Assembly (NCBI GenBank): GCA_050331295.1
Contig: JBHJGZ010000009.1
Location: forward strand, 279,950 to 343,949
Source of the DNA: Myxococcota bacterium
Lineage (GTDB): Bacteria > Myxococcota > Kuafuiibacteriia > Kuafuiibacteriales > Kuafuiibacteriaceae
Reading direction: 5' to 3'
DNA: 64,000 nucleotides
Shown here: positions 16,910-24,511 of the stretch, piece by piece
Position numbering within the stretch: the stretch's first letter is position 1
How the letters are laid out: the number at the start of each line of letters is the position of its first letter
Notes under the pieces: model-generated
Database searches by the model: none
What the model was told of the DNA's origin: nothing
What the model saw: the letters and a program-made list of their open reading frames with translations, nothing else
Translations under genes and position numbers: made by a program

Positions 16910-19141
16910 ATGAACAACAGCAACGACATCAGCGTCGGGCAGCAGTCGCCGTACACTGCTGCGTCTTCGACGGGCAGAGACGGCGACGACGCCAACCATC
17001 ACAACGGGCACCGAGAACCGGTGGCCCACGAAGCGTCCGCCGAAGCCGCCCGACCGACGACCGACGCAGAGGCCGAGGGTGCACAGCCCGAGCCCGAAGG
17101 CCGGAGCGCGGAACCGGAGGCTGGCACGGTCGAACAGAAGCCGGAAACGGAGGAGCAAGTCCTGACGACCGAGGCCGGCTCAGCGCCTTCTGGCGCCCAC
17201 ACCGCATCCGCCCAAGAGGAAACATCCGCGGCGCCGGCCGAAGTCCCGGAAACCACCTCGAGTCAGGCTGCCGCCGCTTCGAGGCCGGCCCCGGAGGCCG
17301 CTTCGAGCCCGGCCCCGGAGGCCGCTTCGAGCCCGGCCACGGAGGCCGCTTCGAGCCCGGCCACGGAGGCCGCTTCGAGCTCGGCCACGGAGGCCGCTTC
17401 GAGTTCGGCCCCGGAGGCCGTTTCGAGCCCGGCCCCGGAGGCGGCTTCGCGCCCGGCGGCGGAGGCCGCTTCGAGCCCGGCCCAGGAGGCCGCTTCGAGC
17501 CCGGCCACGGAGGCCGCTTCGAGCTCGGCCCCGGAGGCCGCTTCGAGCTCGGCTGCCGAGGTCGAAACACCGCTTGCAGCGTCCGAAACGCGCGGCGACC
17601 AAATGGAAGCGGCGCTCGACCTGAAGGTGGGCAAGCCAGAGCTCCCAGCGGAAGGCGAAATGAGCTTCGCGGAGATGTTTGAGCTTGCCGAAAAACAGTC
17701 TCAAGAAAAGCGGCGCAAACTGAAAGCCGCCATCGGTAGCGATCTCAGGCCCGGTCAGATCATCTTCGCGAAGGTCGTGAGCATCAGCCACGATTCCGTC
17801 TTCGTCGACATCGGCGCGAAGGCGGAAGGCGTCATCCCAAAGTCAGAGCTGGAGGAAGAAGGGCAGGAGCTCCAGCTCAAGGAGGGTGACAAGGTCGAAG
17901 CGCGGATCCGCAAGATCGAGGGAGGTTCGGTCCAACTTGGACGGGTTCCCGCGCACCTCAGCCTACGAAAGCGGGAGGAGCTCAAAGAAGCCCACAGAAC
18001 CAAGATTCCCGTCGATGGTGTGGTGCAGGCGACCAACAAGGGCGGCTTCGACGTGGACGTATCGGGAGTCCGGGTGTTCTGTCCGGCCAGCCAGATGGAC
18101 GTGCGTCCCGCGAAGGCTGAAGCCTACATCGGGAAGAAGTTTCCCTTCGTCATCGTCGAATTCAAGGATGGCGGCCGCAATATCGTCGTGTCCCGGCGGC
18201 AGCTTCTCGAAGAAGAGAATCGACGAAAGGCAGAGCAGGTCCTCTCGGAGATCACCGAGGGTTCGGTCCGGACCGGGACCGTGACCACGTTGAAAGACTA
18301 CGGTGCATTCGTCGACCTGGGAGGACTCGAAGGTCTCGTCCACGTGACCGAGATATGCCACGGGCACATCAACAAGCCCAATCAGGTCCTCAAGCTCGGT
18401 CAAGAGGTCCAGGTTCAAGTGCTGAAGATCGAGGAGCCCAAGGATGAGAAGAAGAAGGGCCAGCCCGACCAACAGAAGATAAGTTTGAGCATCAAGGCCC
18501 TGCAGGAAGATCCGTGGGCACGGGCCAAGGATGAAATCCGAGAAGGAACGCGGGTGTCAGGGAAGGTGGCCAGGTTGACCAAATTTGGTGCGTTCGTGGA
18601 GCTCTATCCCGGTGTCGACGGCCTCATCCACATCTCCAACATGACCCTCGACCGCCGCGTTCACAATCCCGGAGACGTGGTGAAGGTCGGAGAAGAAGTC
18701 GAGGCCCGCGTGATGAGCGTGGATTGGGACAAACAGCGAATCGGCCTTTCGCTCGTCAAGACCCCTCAGGAGCTCGCGGATGAGCTGAAACAGGGGAAGG
18801 TCGTGGAAGGCAAGGTCGACCGCATCGAGGACTTTGGGGTGTTCGTGAGATTGCCCAACGGTGCCCGGGGCTTGGTGCCGGCGCGCGAAACGGGAACCGG
18901 TCAAGGCTCCGACCTCAAGAAGGTGTTCAATTCCGGCGAGCAGGTCAAAGTGCTCGTTCAAGACGTGGACAGGAAGAGCGGTCGCATTCGGATGTCCATT
19001 CGCGCCGCCCGCGAAGCGGAAGAGCGGGCCGAGTATGCTGGATTCATCAACAAGGACCCGTCTGATGGGAAGGGATTGGGTACGTTGGGGGACCTGCTGA
19101 AAGGCAAGCTGAGTCACCTTCGAAACAACATCGGCGAGTGA
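16910..19141 (+). CDS. rpsA: 30S ribosomal protein S1-like protein with about 300-aa low-complexity N-terminal extension
   Basis: Track ORF 16652-19141; ATG 16910 (MNNSNDISV). Five S1 domains are readable: GQIIFAKVVSISHDSVFVDIG, VDGVVQATNKGGFDVDV, GSVRTGTVTTLKDYGAFVDLG, GTRVSGKVARLTKFGAFVELY, GKVVEGKVDRIEDFGVFVRL. The symbol is tentative. It may be an S1-domain paralog rather than the ribosomal S1. Confidence 0.8.
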   Translation: MNNSNDISVGQQSPYTAASSTGRDGDDANHHNGHREPVAHEASAEAARPTTDAEAEGAQPEPEGRSAEPEAGTVEQKPETEEQVLTTEAGSAPSGAHTASAQEETSAAPAEVPETTSSQAAAASRPAPEAASSPAPEAASSPATEAASSPATEAASSSATEAASSSAPEAVSSPAPEAASRPAAEAASSPAQEAASSPATEAASSSAPEAASSSAAEVETPLAASETRGDQMEAALDLKVGKPELPAEGEMSFAEMFELAEKQSQEKRRKLKAAIGSDLRPGQIIFAKVVSISHDSVFVDIGAKAEGVIPKSELEEEGQELQLKEGDKVEARIRKIEGGSVQLGRVPAHLSLRKREELKEAHRTKIPVDGVVQATNKGGFDVDVSGVRVFCPASQMDVRPAKAEAYIGKKFPFVIVEFKDGGRNIVVSRRQLLEEENRRKAEQVLSEITEGSVRTGTVTTLKDYGAFVDLGGLEGLVHVTEICHGHINKPNQVLKLGQEVQVQVLKIEEPKDEKKKGQPDQQKISLSIKALQEDPWARAKDEIREGTRVSGKVARLTKFGAFVELYPGVDGLIHISNMTLDRRVHNPGDVVKVGEEVEARVMSVDWDKQRIGLSLVKTPQELADELKQGKVVEGKVDRIEDFGVFVRLPNGARGLVPARETGTGQGSDLKKVFNSGEQVKVLVQDVDRKSGRIRMSIRAAREAEERAEYAGFINKDPSDGKGLGTLGDLLKGKLSHLRNNIGE
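17270..17557 (+). repeat. 12 tandem in-frame 24-bp repeats (consensus gaggccgcttcgagcccggccccg; peptide EAASSPAP)
   Basis: Read directly. Units start at 17270, 17294, 17318 ... 17534 and encode AAASRPAP EAASSPAP EAASSPAT EAASSPAT EAASSSAT EAASSSAP EAVSSPAP EAASRPAA EAASSPAQ EAASSPAT EAASSSAP EAASSSAA. Contiguous, with no spacers. Confidence 0.95.
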
Positions 19142-20691
19142 CCGACCCCGGTTCCCGCCATTCTCGAGAATCACGCACTCCCGAAGATTTCGTCTCTGCC
19201 TCTCCAGAGGGGTCCAACCCGTCGGGTCCGGCAGCAGGGCGATTGGCCGGCCTTGCCGTTGGGGCGGTCGCGATCCTCTCCTCTTATCTTCCCGTAGCTC
19301 TGCCGGCCGGGCTCGAGCCTGCTGCGGTTCGGTTGATCGGTATCACCCTGACGATGGGCATCTGGTGGGTGACTGAAGCCTTGCCGATTGGTGCGACCGC
19401 TCTCGTGCCTGCGGCCACCTTCCCGCTCCTCTCCATCGCGCCCGCCCGTCCGACCACTCAGGCCTACATGAGTCCCATCATCATGCTCTTGTTTGGCGGC
19501 TTTCTGATGGCCCTGGCCGTGGAGCGGTCCAATGCCCATCGACGCCTTGCGCTTCACGTCTTGCTTGGGCTCGGAACCTCGCCGCGACGCTTGGTGCTGG
19601 GCTTCGGCGTGGCAGCTGGTCTGATGTCGATGTGGATATCCAACACCGCCACCTCGCTTCTCATGATGCCGATTGCGGTAGCGGTGGTGAATCAAGCCGA
19701 ACGAGAGGGAGGCGATGGTGCTCGAGCGGTCCACCGATTCGGAATCGCGATCCTGTTGGCGGTCGCATATGGCGCATCGGTCGGCGGGATGGCGACTCCG
19801 GTCGGCACGCCCCCCAATCTCATCGCCATGGCGGCTTTGGAACGGACCCAGGCGTCGACCTTGACGTTTGCGACTTGGTCGCTCCGGGCGTTGCCGGCGG
19901 TGGTCATCATTCTCCTGCTGGTGTGTTGGGTTCTGGTGAAGGTGTCACCCGGAGTTTCGGCGCGCCTCGCACTCGGTGCAGAGGAGTCGCTGCGAAGGCA
20001 GCTCGGTACGCTCGGGCCATGGAGGCCTTCCGAATGGCGCTCCCTTGCGGTGTTTGCGTGTGTGGCGGTCCTGTGGATCACTCGACCGGATCTCCAGTGG
20101 GGAGCGGACACGACGGTGCTCGGTTGGGCCAGTCGTCTCGGTTTGCAAGGCACCCACGATGGTACCATCGCCATGCTCGGGGCTCTATTGGTCTTCCTTC
20201 TCCCGGATGGAGAGACAGGTGAACGTCTGCTCCCTTGGTCGACTGCGCAGAGGGCACCGTGGGGTCTGTTGCTCCTGTTCGGGGGTGGTGTGTCTCTGTC
20301 GGTAGGCTTTCAAGCCACGGGCCTGAGCGAGTACCTCGGGAGCTCGATGGCCGCCTGGATCGGCGCATCGTGGCCCCTTTTCGTCGCCCTAGTCTGCCTC
20401 GGGTGTACGTTTGGCACCGAAATCATCAGCAATACTGCCCTCGCCAACATCGCCATGCCCATCCTTGTGGCCACCGCTGTGGCCGCCGACCGGGACCCAC
20501 GCGGTCTTCTTCTCGCGTCCGCGATGTCCTGTTCCTGTGCGTTCATGATGCCCATGGCCACCGGGCCGAATGCCATCGTATTCGGGTCGGGTCGCCTCCG
20601 GGTCGCCGATATGGTCAGGGCAGGACTGCTCTGCAACCTGCTGGCCTGGGCCGTGATCGTGGCTGCGGCGATGATATCCTACCCAAATTGA
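19138..20691 (+). CDS. DASS/SLC13 family anion:sodium symporter
   Basis: 517 aa polytopic membrane protein. The GTG start overlaps the S1 stop (GTGA). GIWWVTEALPIGATALVP, SNTATSLLMMPI, SNTALANIAMPI (duplicated SNT hairpin motifs). Confidence 0.85.
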   Translation: MTDPGSRHSRESRTPEDFVSASPEGSNPSGPAAGRLAGLAVGAVAILSSYLPVALPAGLEPAAVRLIGITLTMGIWWVTEALPIGATALVPAATFPLLSIAPARPTTQAYMSPIIMLLFGGFLMALAVERSNAHRRLALHVLLGLGTSPRRLVLGFGVAAGLMSMWISNTATSLLMMPIAVAVVNQAEREGGDGARAVHRFGIAILLAVAYGASVGGMATPVGTPPNLIAMAALERTQASTLTFATWSLRALPAVVIILLLVCWVLVKVSPGVSARLALGAEESLRRQLGTLGPWRPSEWRSLAVFACVAVLWITRPDLQWGADTTVLGWASRLGLQGTHDGTIAMLGALLVFLLPDGETGERLLPWSTAQRAPWGLLLLFGGGVSLSVGFQATGLSEYLGSSMAAWIGASWPLFVALVCLGCTFGTEIISNTALANIAMPILVATAVAADRDPRGLLLASAMSCSCAFMMPMATGPNAIVFGSGRLRVADMVRAGLLCNLLAWAVIVAAAMISYPN

Positions 20692-20752
20692 GACGGTCCT
20701 GGTGACGAGGGCGACCTTGCGGATCCACCGGACCGCACACTAAAAGCTTCGT

Positions 20753-21352
20753 ATGCGCTCCCTGCTCTCGCTCGCATCGCTGACGTTGATGGCGTTCTTG
20801 TTTTCGGCCTGTGGGTCCATCAAGTCCGATTTCGATGAGACGATCGACTTCACTGCGGAAATCGTCGATGACGAAGCACTCTACAATGATTTCGAGTTGT
20901 TCGACCCGAACGACAACGAAGACTTTCGCGACAACAAAGACGACATCGAAGACGGCCAGATTCGTCGCATCACGATCACCATCCTCGAAACCTTTCCGTT
21001 CGACCCAGTGCTTCCGCACCAGGCCGATGTGGGAGTTGGACAAATCGATATACGGGCGGCACCGGAAGACGCAGAGGTGCCTCCGGCCGAAGGATTCGAG
21101 CCGAACCAACTGGATGAGATTCCGGGAGACCCTTTCATCCAAGCGGTTGGAAGATTTGACCCGGTCACCTTGGTGCCGGGGGAAAGCTTCGACCTGGATC
21201 TGAATGAAGAAGTATTGGCCGAGGTTCACGAGCTGTTGTTCGACCGGGCTGGTCCGATGGAGGTGCGCTTCTTTGGCCTGGCCAATGATGGGCCCGTCAA
21301 CTTCACCTTTGAGGTCGAGATTCTCGTGACGTTCAAGGCGGTCGTCTTCTAG
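20753..21352 (+). CDS. hypothetical acidic lipoprotein
   Basis: 199 aa. MRSLLSLASLTLMAFLFSACGS (lipobox FSAC). Asp/Glu-rich. No family recognised. The antisense ORF 20615-21421 was rejected. Confidence 0.6.
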   Translation: MRSLLSLASLTLMAFLFSACGSIKSDFDETIDFTAEIVDDEALYNDFELFDPNDNEDFRDNKDDIEDGQIRRITITILETFPFDPVLPHQADVGVGQIDIRAAPEDAEVPPAEGFEPNQLDEIPGDPFIQAVGRFDPVTLVPGESFDLDLNEEVLAEVHELLFDRAGPMEVRFFGLANDGPVNFTFEVEILVTFKAVVF

Positions 21353-21377
21353 GAATCGCAGTTTCTGACCCATTCGG

Positions 21378-22685
21378 ATGGCGTACGACCCCGTCTCCCG
21401 AAAAGGCCTTGCGTTCATCAAGGATGCACTCCTTGATGAGCGGGTGTCCGCAGCTGAGGACGGTGCAGGGCCCGCGAGCCCTGCGGTGGACGAAGACGGC
21501 GAGAACGGGGCCCAAACGCCCGAGCCGAAGCCGCCTCGTCAGAAGAAGAAGCCGGGCAAGAAGTCCGCGCGTGCCCGGTCATCCTCGGGGTCGAAGGGGC
21601 GGACCTCCAAGTCCAAGACGACCGCTGAAGATGCATCCAAAGCAGAAGACGCCCCCGAACCGGAGCTGATTGCCGAACCCTCCAAGGAACTGGACGACGA
21701 AGTTTCGGACACAGAAGACGATGAACCAGAGGTGCTGGACGTCCCGACCGGAGCGACACTCCCGTCGCTTCCGTCGATTCCAAGCACATCCAGCAAGAGT
21801 GTGGGCTTGTCTGCGCCGGCCGCTCGAGCCACCGGGCTGGAGCGCTTTCTCGCGGAGGTCGGGCGTTATCCGGTACTCACTCCAGAGGAAGAGCGCGAAT
21901 TGACCCTCGCCTACTACCAGCGGCAAGACCCCATCGCTGCACGAAAATTGGTCGTTCACAACCTGAGACTCGTGGTCAAGTTGGCCTACAAGTACCGACG
22001 AGCTTGGACGAGTATCCTGGATCTCGTTCAGGAGGGAAACGTAGGGCTGGTTGAAGCGGTCGGACGCTTCGATCCTTTCAAAGGGGCCAAATTCTCGACC
22101 TACGCTACATTCTGGATACGAGCTTACATCCTGCGTTTTCTGCTCGAACACAGTCGTACGGTTCGTCTTTCCCGAACGCGCGTGGGTCGAAAGCTCTTCT
22201 TTCAGCTGTCGCGTGAAAGGGCGAAACTGAGGGCGCAGGGCATCGAGCCGGGACCGAGGCTTTTGGCGGAGAGACTGGGTGTCGACCAGGGCGAACTCGA
22301 GGAGGTGGTTCGGCACATGGACCAGCCGGAGGTGAGGCTCGACGCCCCGATGAGCGAGGAGGGAAGCGGCGCAACGCTCCTCGACAGCATGACGGCTGAA
22401 GGCCACTCTCCCGAAGCAGAGACCTTCCGAAGAGAGCTGACCGAAGATGTGTCCGAAGCGCTCAATGCATTCGCAGAGACCTTGCAAGATGAACGCGAAG
22501 TTGCAGCCTGGGAAGAACACCTGCTGAGCGAGGACCCTGTCAGCCTGTCCGAACTCGGAGCTCGATTCGGAGTGACCAAGCAGCGGATGGGTCAGATCGT
22601 GGCCGGGATCCGCAAACGTCTCAAAGGGCATCTGGTTGAACGACTCGGTCCTGACGTCGAGCTCGGCTTTCAATTCGACGAATAG
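21378..22685 (+). CDS. RpoH-like (sigma-32 family) RNA polymerase sigma factor with about 155-aa charged N-terminal extension
   Basis: 435 aa. Region 2: VVHNLRLVVKLAYKYRR, DLVQEGNVGLVEAVGRFDPFKGAKFSTYATFWIRAYI. RpoH-box-like VGRKLFFQLSRERAKL. Region 4.2 HTH LSELGARFGVTKQRMGQI. The N-terminus is Lys/Ser then Asp/Glu rich. Confidence 0.88.
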   Translation: MAYDPVSRKGLAFIKDALLDERVSAAEDGAGPASPAVDEDGENGAQTPEPKPPRQKKKPGKKSARARSSSGSKGRTSKSKTTAEDASKAEDAPEPELIAEPSKELDDEVSDTEDDEPEVLDVPTGATLPSLPSIPSTSSKSVGLSAPAARATGLERFLAEVGRYPVLTPEEERELTLAYYQRQDPIAARKLVVHNLRLVVKLAYKYRRAWTSILDLVQEGNVGLVEAVGRFDPFKGAKFSTYATFWIRAYILRFLLEHSRTVRLSRTRVGRKLFFQLSRERAKLRAQGIEPGPRLLAERLGVDQGELEEVVRHMDQPEVRLDAPMSEEGSGATLLDSMTAEGHSPEAETFRRELTEDVSEALNAFAETLQDEREVAAWEEHLLSEDPVSLSELGARFGVTKQRMGQIVAGIRKRLKGHLVERLGPDVELGFQFDE

Positions 22686-22738
22686 CGGCGCGAAGTCTCG
22701 AGTGACAAGCGGCTTCCCATGGCCGAGGATGCCGCGCC

Positions 22739-24484
22739 GTGACCGGACTCCTCGGCGTTTTTACATTGGACCCGGCTCGACCCAGTTCGAACCGGCGCCT
22801 TGAATTTCGCTCGTCCGGAGAAGTACGTCGGTTTTCGGGGGGGTGTATCGCTCTTTCCATGGCTGGCGAAGATCGGACGTCAGGCATCGCTGGCGACAGT
22901 GCCGGGGATGTGACGGTGGCTTTCGTCGGCGAACTGTTCAAGCCTGACGCTCTTCGAAGCGAGCTGTCTACGGCGGAGCAGCCCTACGATTCAGCCTCAC
23001 TCCCTTCCATGGTCGCCGCAGCATATCGGCAGTGGGGCTCCGAATGTGTTCACCATCTAGACGGTGCATACAGCCTTGCGCTGGTCGACCATGTACAGCA
23101 CGCTTTGTTCCTCGCGCGAGACCGCTTCGGTCATGTTCCGCTGTTTCTGGGCGGGGCGGCGAAGGAGGACCTGGCAGAAGTCTGCTTTGGAACGCATCTC
23201 CATGAAATGATTGGATCCGGACTGGCCTCCAGTGTGCTCGAGCCAGACGCAGTGGTCTTGTTCTTTCAGTATGGCTTTGTGCCGAGTCCCTGGACCTTGC
23301 TTCAGGATGTCGAAGCTCTTCCGCCGGGCGGAGCGTTCATCATAGACCGGAACGGCGTACATCGTGGAGTTCGTCCGGTGCAATGGGCGGAGCCCGATGA
23401 CATCGCTCCTTGGCAAGAACAGCTCACCGCCACTGCCCATGCACTGAGTGAATCCATCCAAACCCGCGTCGCGCCCGGGACTTCTTGCGGTGCGTTCTTC
23501 TCGCCCAATCTCGTGGAGCAAGCTCTGGCTGGCTCGTTCGTTCGGGATGTTGGGGCGGACCTTCGGGTCTATGGCCCCTCTCGTCCCGAGGGGGATGCGG
23601 CATCGCGTGCCGCAGAATCATTGGGTTTGACGTACACTGCGATTCCCCTCGAACCCTCGGCCGATCGGTGCAAGCAAATCGCATCCACGTTGGCCTCTCC
23701 GCGAGCTGGACCCGAGATTGTCATCCTGGATACGCTCCTCGATGCCTGTCGCTCCGAGAGACGGACATGGTTCGACGCCGTCGCGGGCGACATCTTGTTC
23801 GGAGCGGGACGCCCCTACGCCGAAGCACTGCTTCGGAACGCGATACGACGAACCATGCCGCTCTTGTTCAACTCTTCGCGTCTCGCACCGGTGCGGCGCA
23901 TGCTTGGGCTCACCGCCAAGGATTCGGTCGAGGTTCTCTTCAGGCGAGATCTGACCACCCTTCTGCACGAGGATTTTGGAGGAACAGATCGCTGGGATAT
24001 CGAGTTGGGTTCGGGCGGCACGGTGGCCGAACTTCAGAAAGTGGACCTGCGCTATGGATTGGGAGACGACCGGTTGCCGGCCGCTTGGGCCCTCGCCCGA
24101 ATCCACGGGGCTCAGGCTGTGTTTCCCTTCGCCGACGCGGCTGTTGTCGAGAGCATTTCACGATGGCCGTTGCGAATGCGGTTCCAGGAACACGACGAAG
24201 CACCGGGACTTCGAGCCCTGGCACGTCGTGTGCTGCCCGGCCGAGCGTTCGAGCCGTCGCGTACATCGGCGGTTGCGGTCGATCATTGGTTCCGCGGTCC
24301 CCTCCGTGACCTGACCCAGAGCGCCCTTTTCGACCGCGACGGTGGATGGAGCGGGGTTCTCGATTCGCGGCGAGTCCGAGCACTTTGGTACGCCCACCAG
24401 CTCGGGCTCAAAGACCATGGGCGATCCCTATTCGCGCTGCTGAGCTTCGAACTTTGGTGTCAGCATGGGCTTTATCGAGGATAG
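22739..24484 (+). CDS. asparagine synthase (AsnB)-like protein lacking Cys nucleophile and PP-loop (probable pseudoenzyme)
   Basis: 581 aa, GTG start. The N-terminus MTGLLGVF replaces the AsnB MCGI(A/L)G. LDGAYSLALVDHVQHALFLARDRFGHVPLF is typical of the GATase-7 domain. The synthetase PP-loop position reads CGAFFSPNLVEQ instead of SGGLDS. Confidence 0.72.
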   Translation: MTGLLGVFTLDPARPSSNRRLEFRSSGEVRRFSGGCIALSMAGEDRTSGIAGDSAGDVTVAFVGELFKPDALRSELSTAEQPYDSASLPSMVAAAYRQWGSECVHHLDGAYSLALVDHVQHALFLARDRFGHVPLFLGGAAKEDLAEVCFGTHLHEMIGSGLASSVLEPDAVVLFFQYGFVPSPWTLLQDVEALPPGGAFIIDRNGVHRGVRPVQWAEPDDIAPWQEQLTATAHALSESIQTRVAPGTSCGAFFSPNLVEQALAGSFVRDVGADLRVYGPSRPEGDAASRAAESLGLTYTAIPLEPSADRCKQIASTLASPRAGPEIVILDTLLDACRSERRTWFDAVAGDILFGAGRPYAEALLRNAIRRTMPLLFNSSRLAPVRRMLGLTAKDSVEVLFRRDLTTLLHEDFGGTDRWDIELGSGGTVAELQKVDLRYGLGDDRLPAAWALARIHGAQAVFPFADAAVVESISRWPLRMRFQEHDEAPGLRALARRVLPGRAFEPSRTSAVAVDHWFRGPLRDLTQSALFDRDGGWSGVLDSRRVRALWYAHQLGLKDHGRSLFALLSFELWCQHGLYRG

Positions 24485-24511
24485 AGCCACCACAGAGCGG
24501 ACGTTGACGCC

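Noticed and set aside
17270-17557. Possible CRISPR array or minisatellite suggested by regular 24-bp periodicity
   Set aside because: The units are contiguous with no spacers, lie in phase with a long ORF, and encode a peptide repeat. No cas genes are present. This is a coding tandem repeat, not a CRISPR.
16929-17791. Long minus-strand and alternative-frame ORFs (16929-17570, 17180-17791, 17263-17634) rich in RPPGP / RGRARSGL repeats
   Set aside because: They are by-products of the 24-bp tandem repeat being open in several frames. The plus-strand frame continues into bona fide S1 domains.
22739-24484. AsnB-like gene as a lasso-peptide cyclase (McjC-type) or exosortase-associated amidotransferase
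   Set aside because: Lasso cyclases keep the ATP-binding SGGxDS loop, which is degenerate here. No precursor peptide, B-protease/RRE or ABC exporter genes are nearby, and no exosortase is present.
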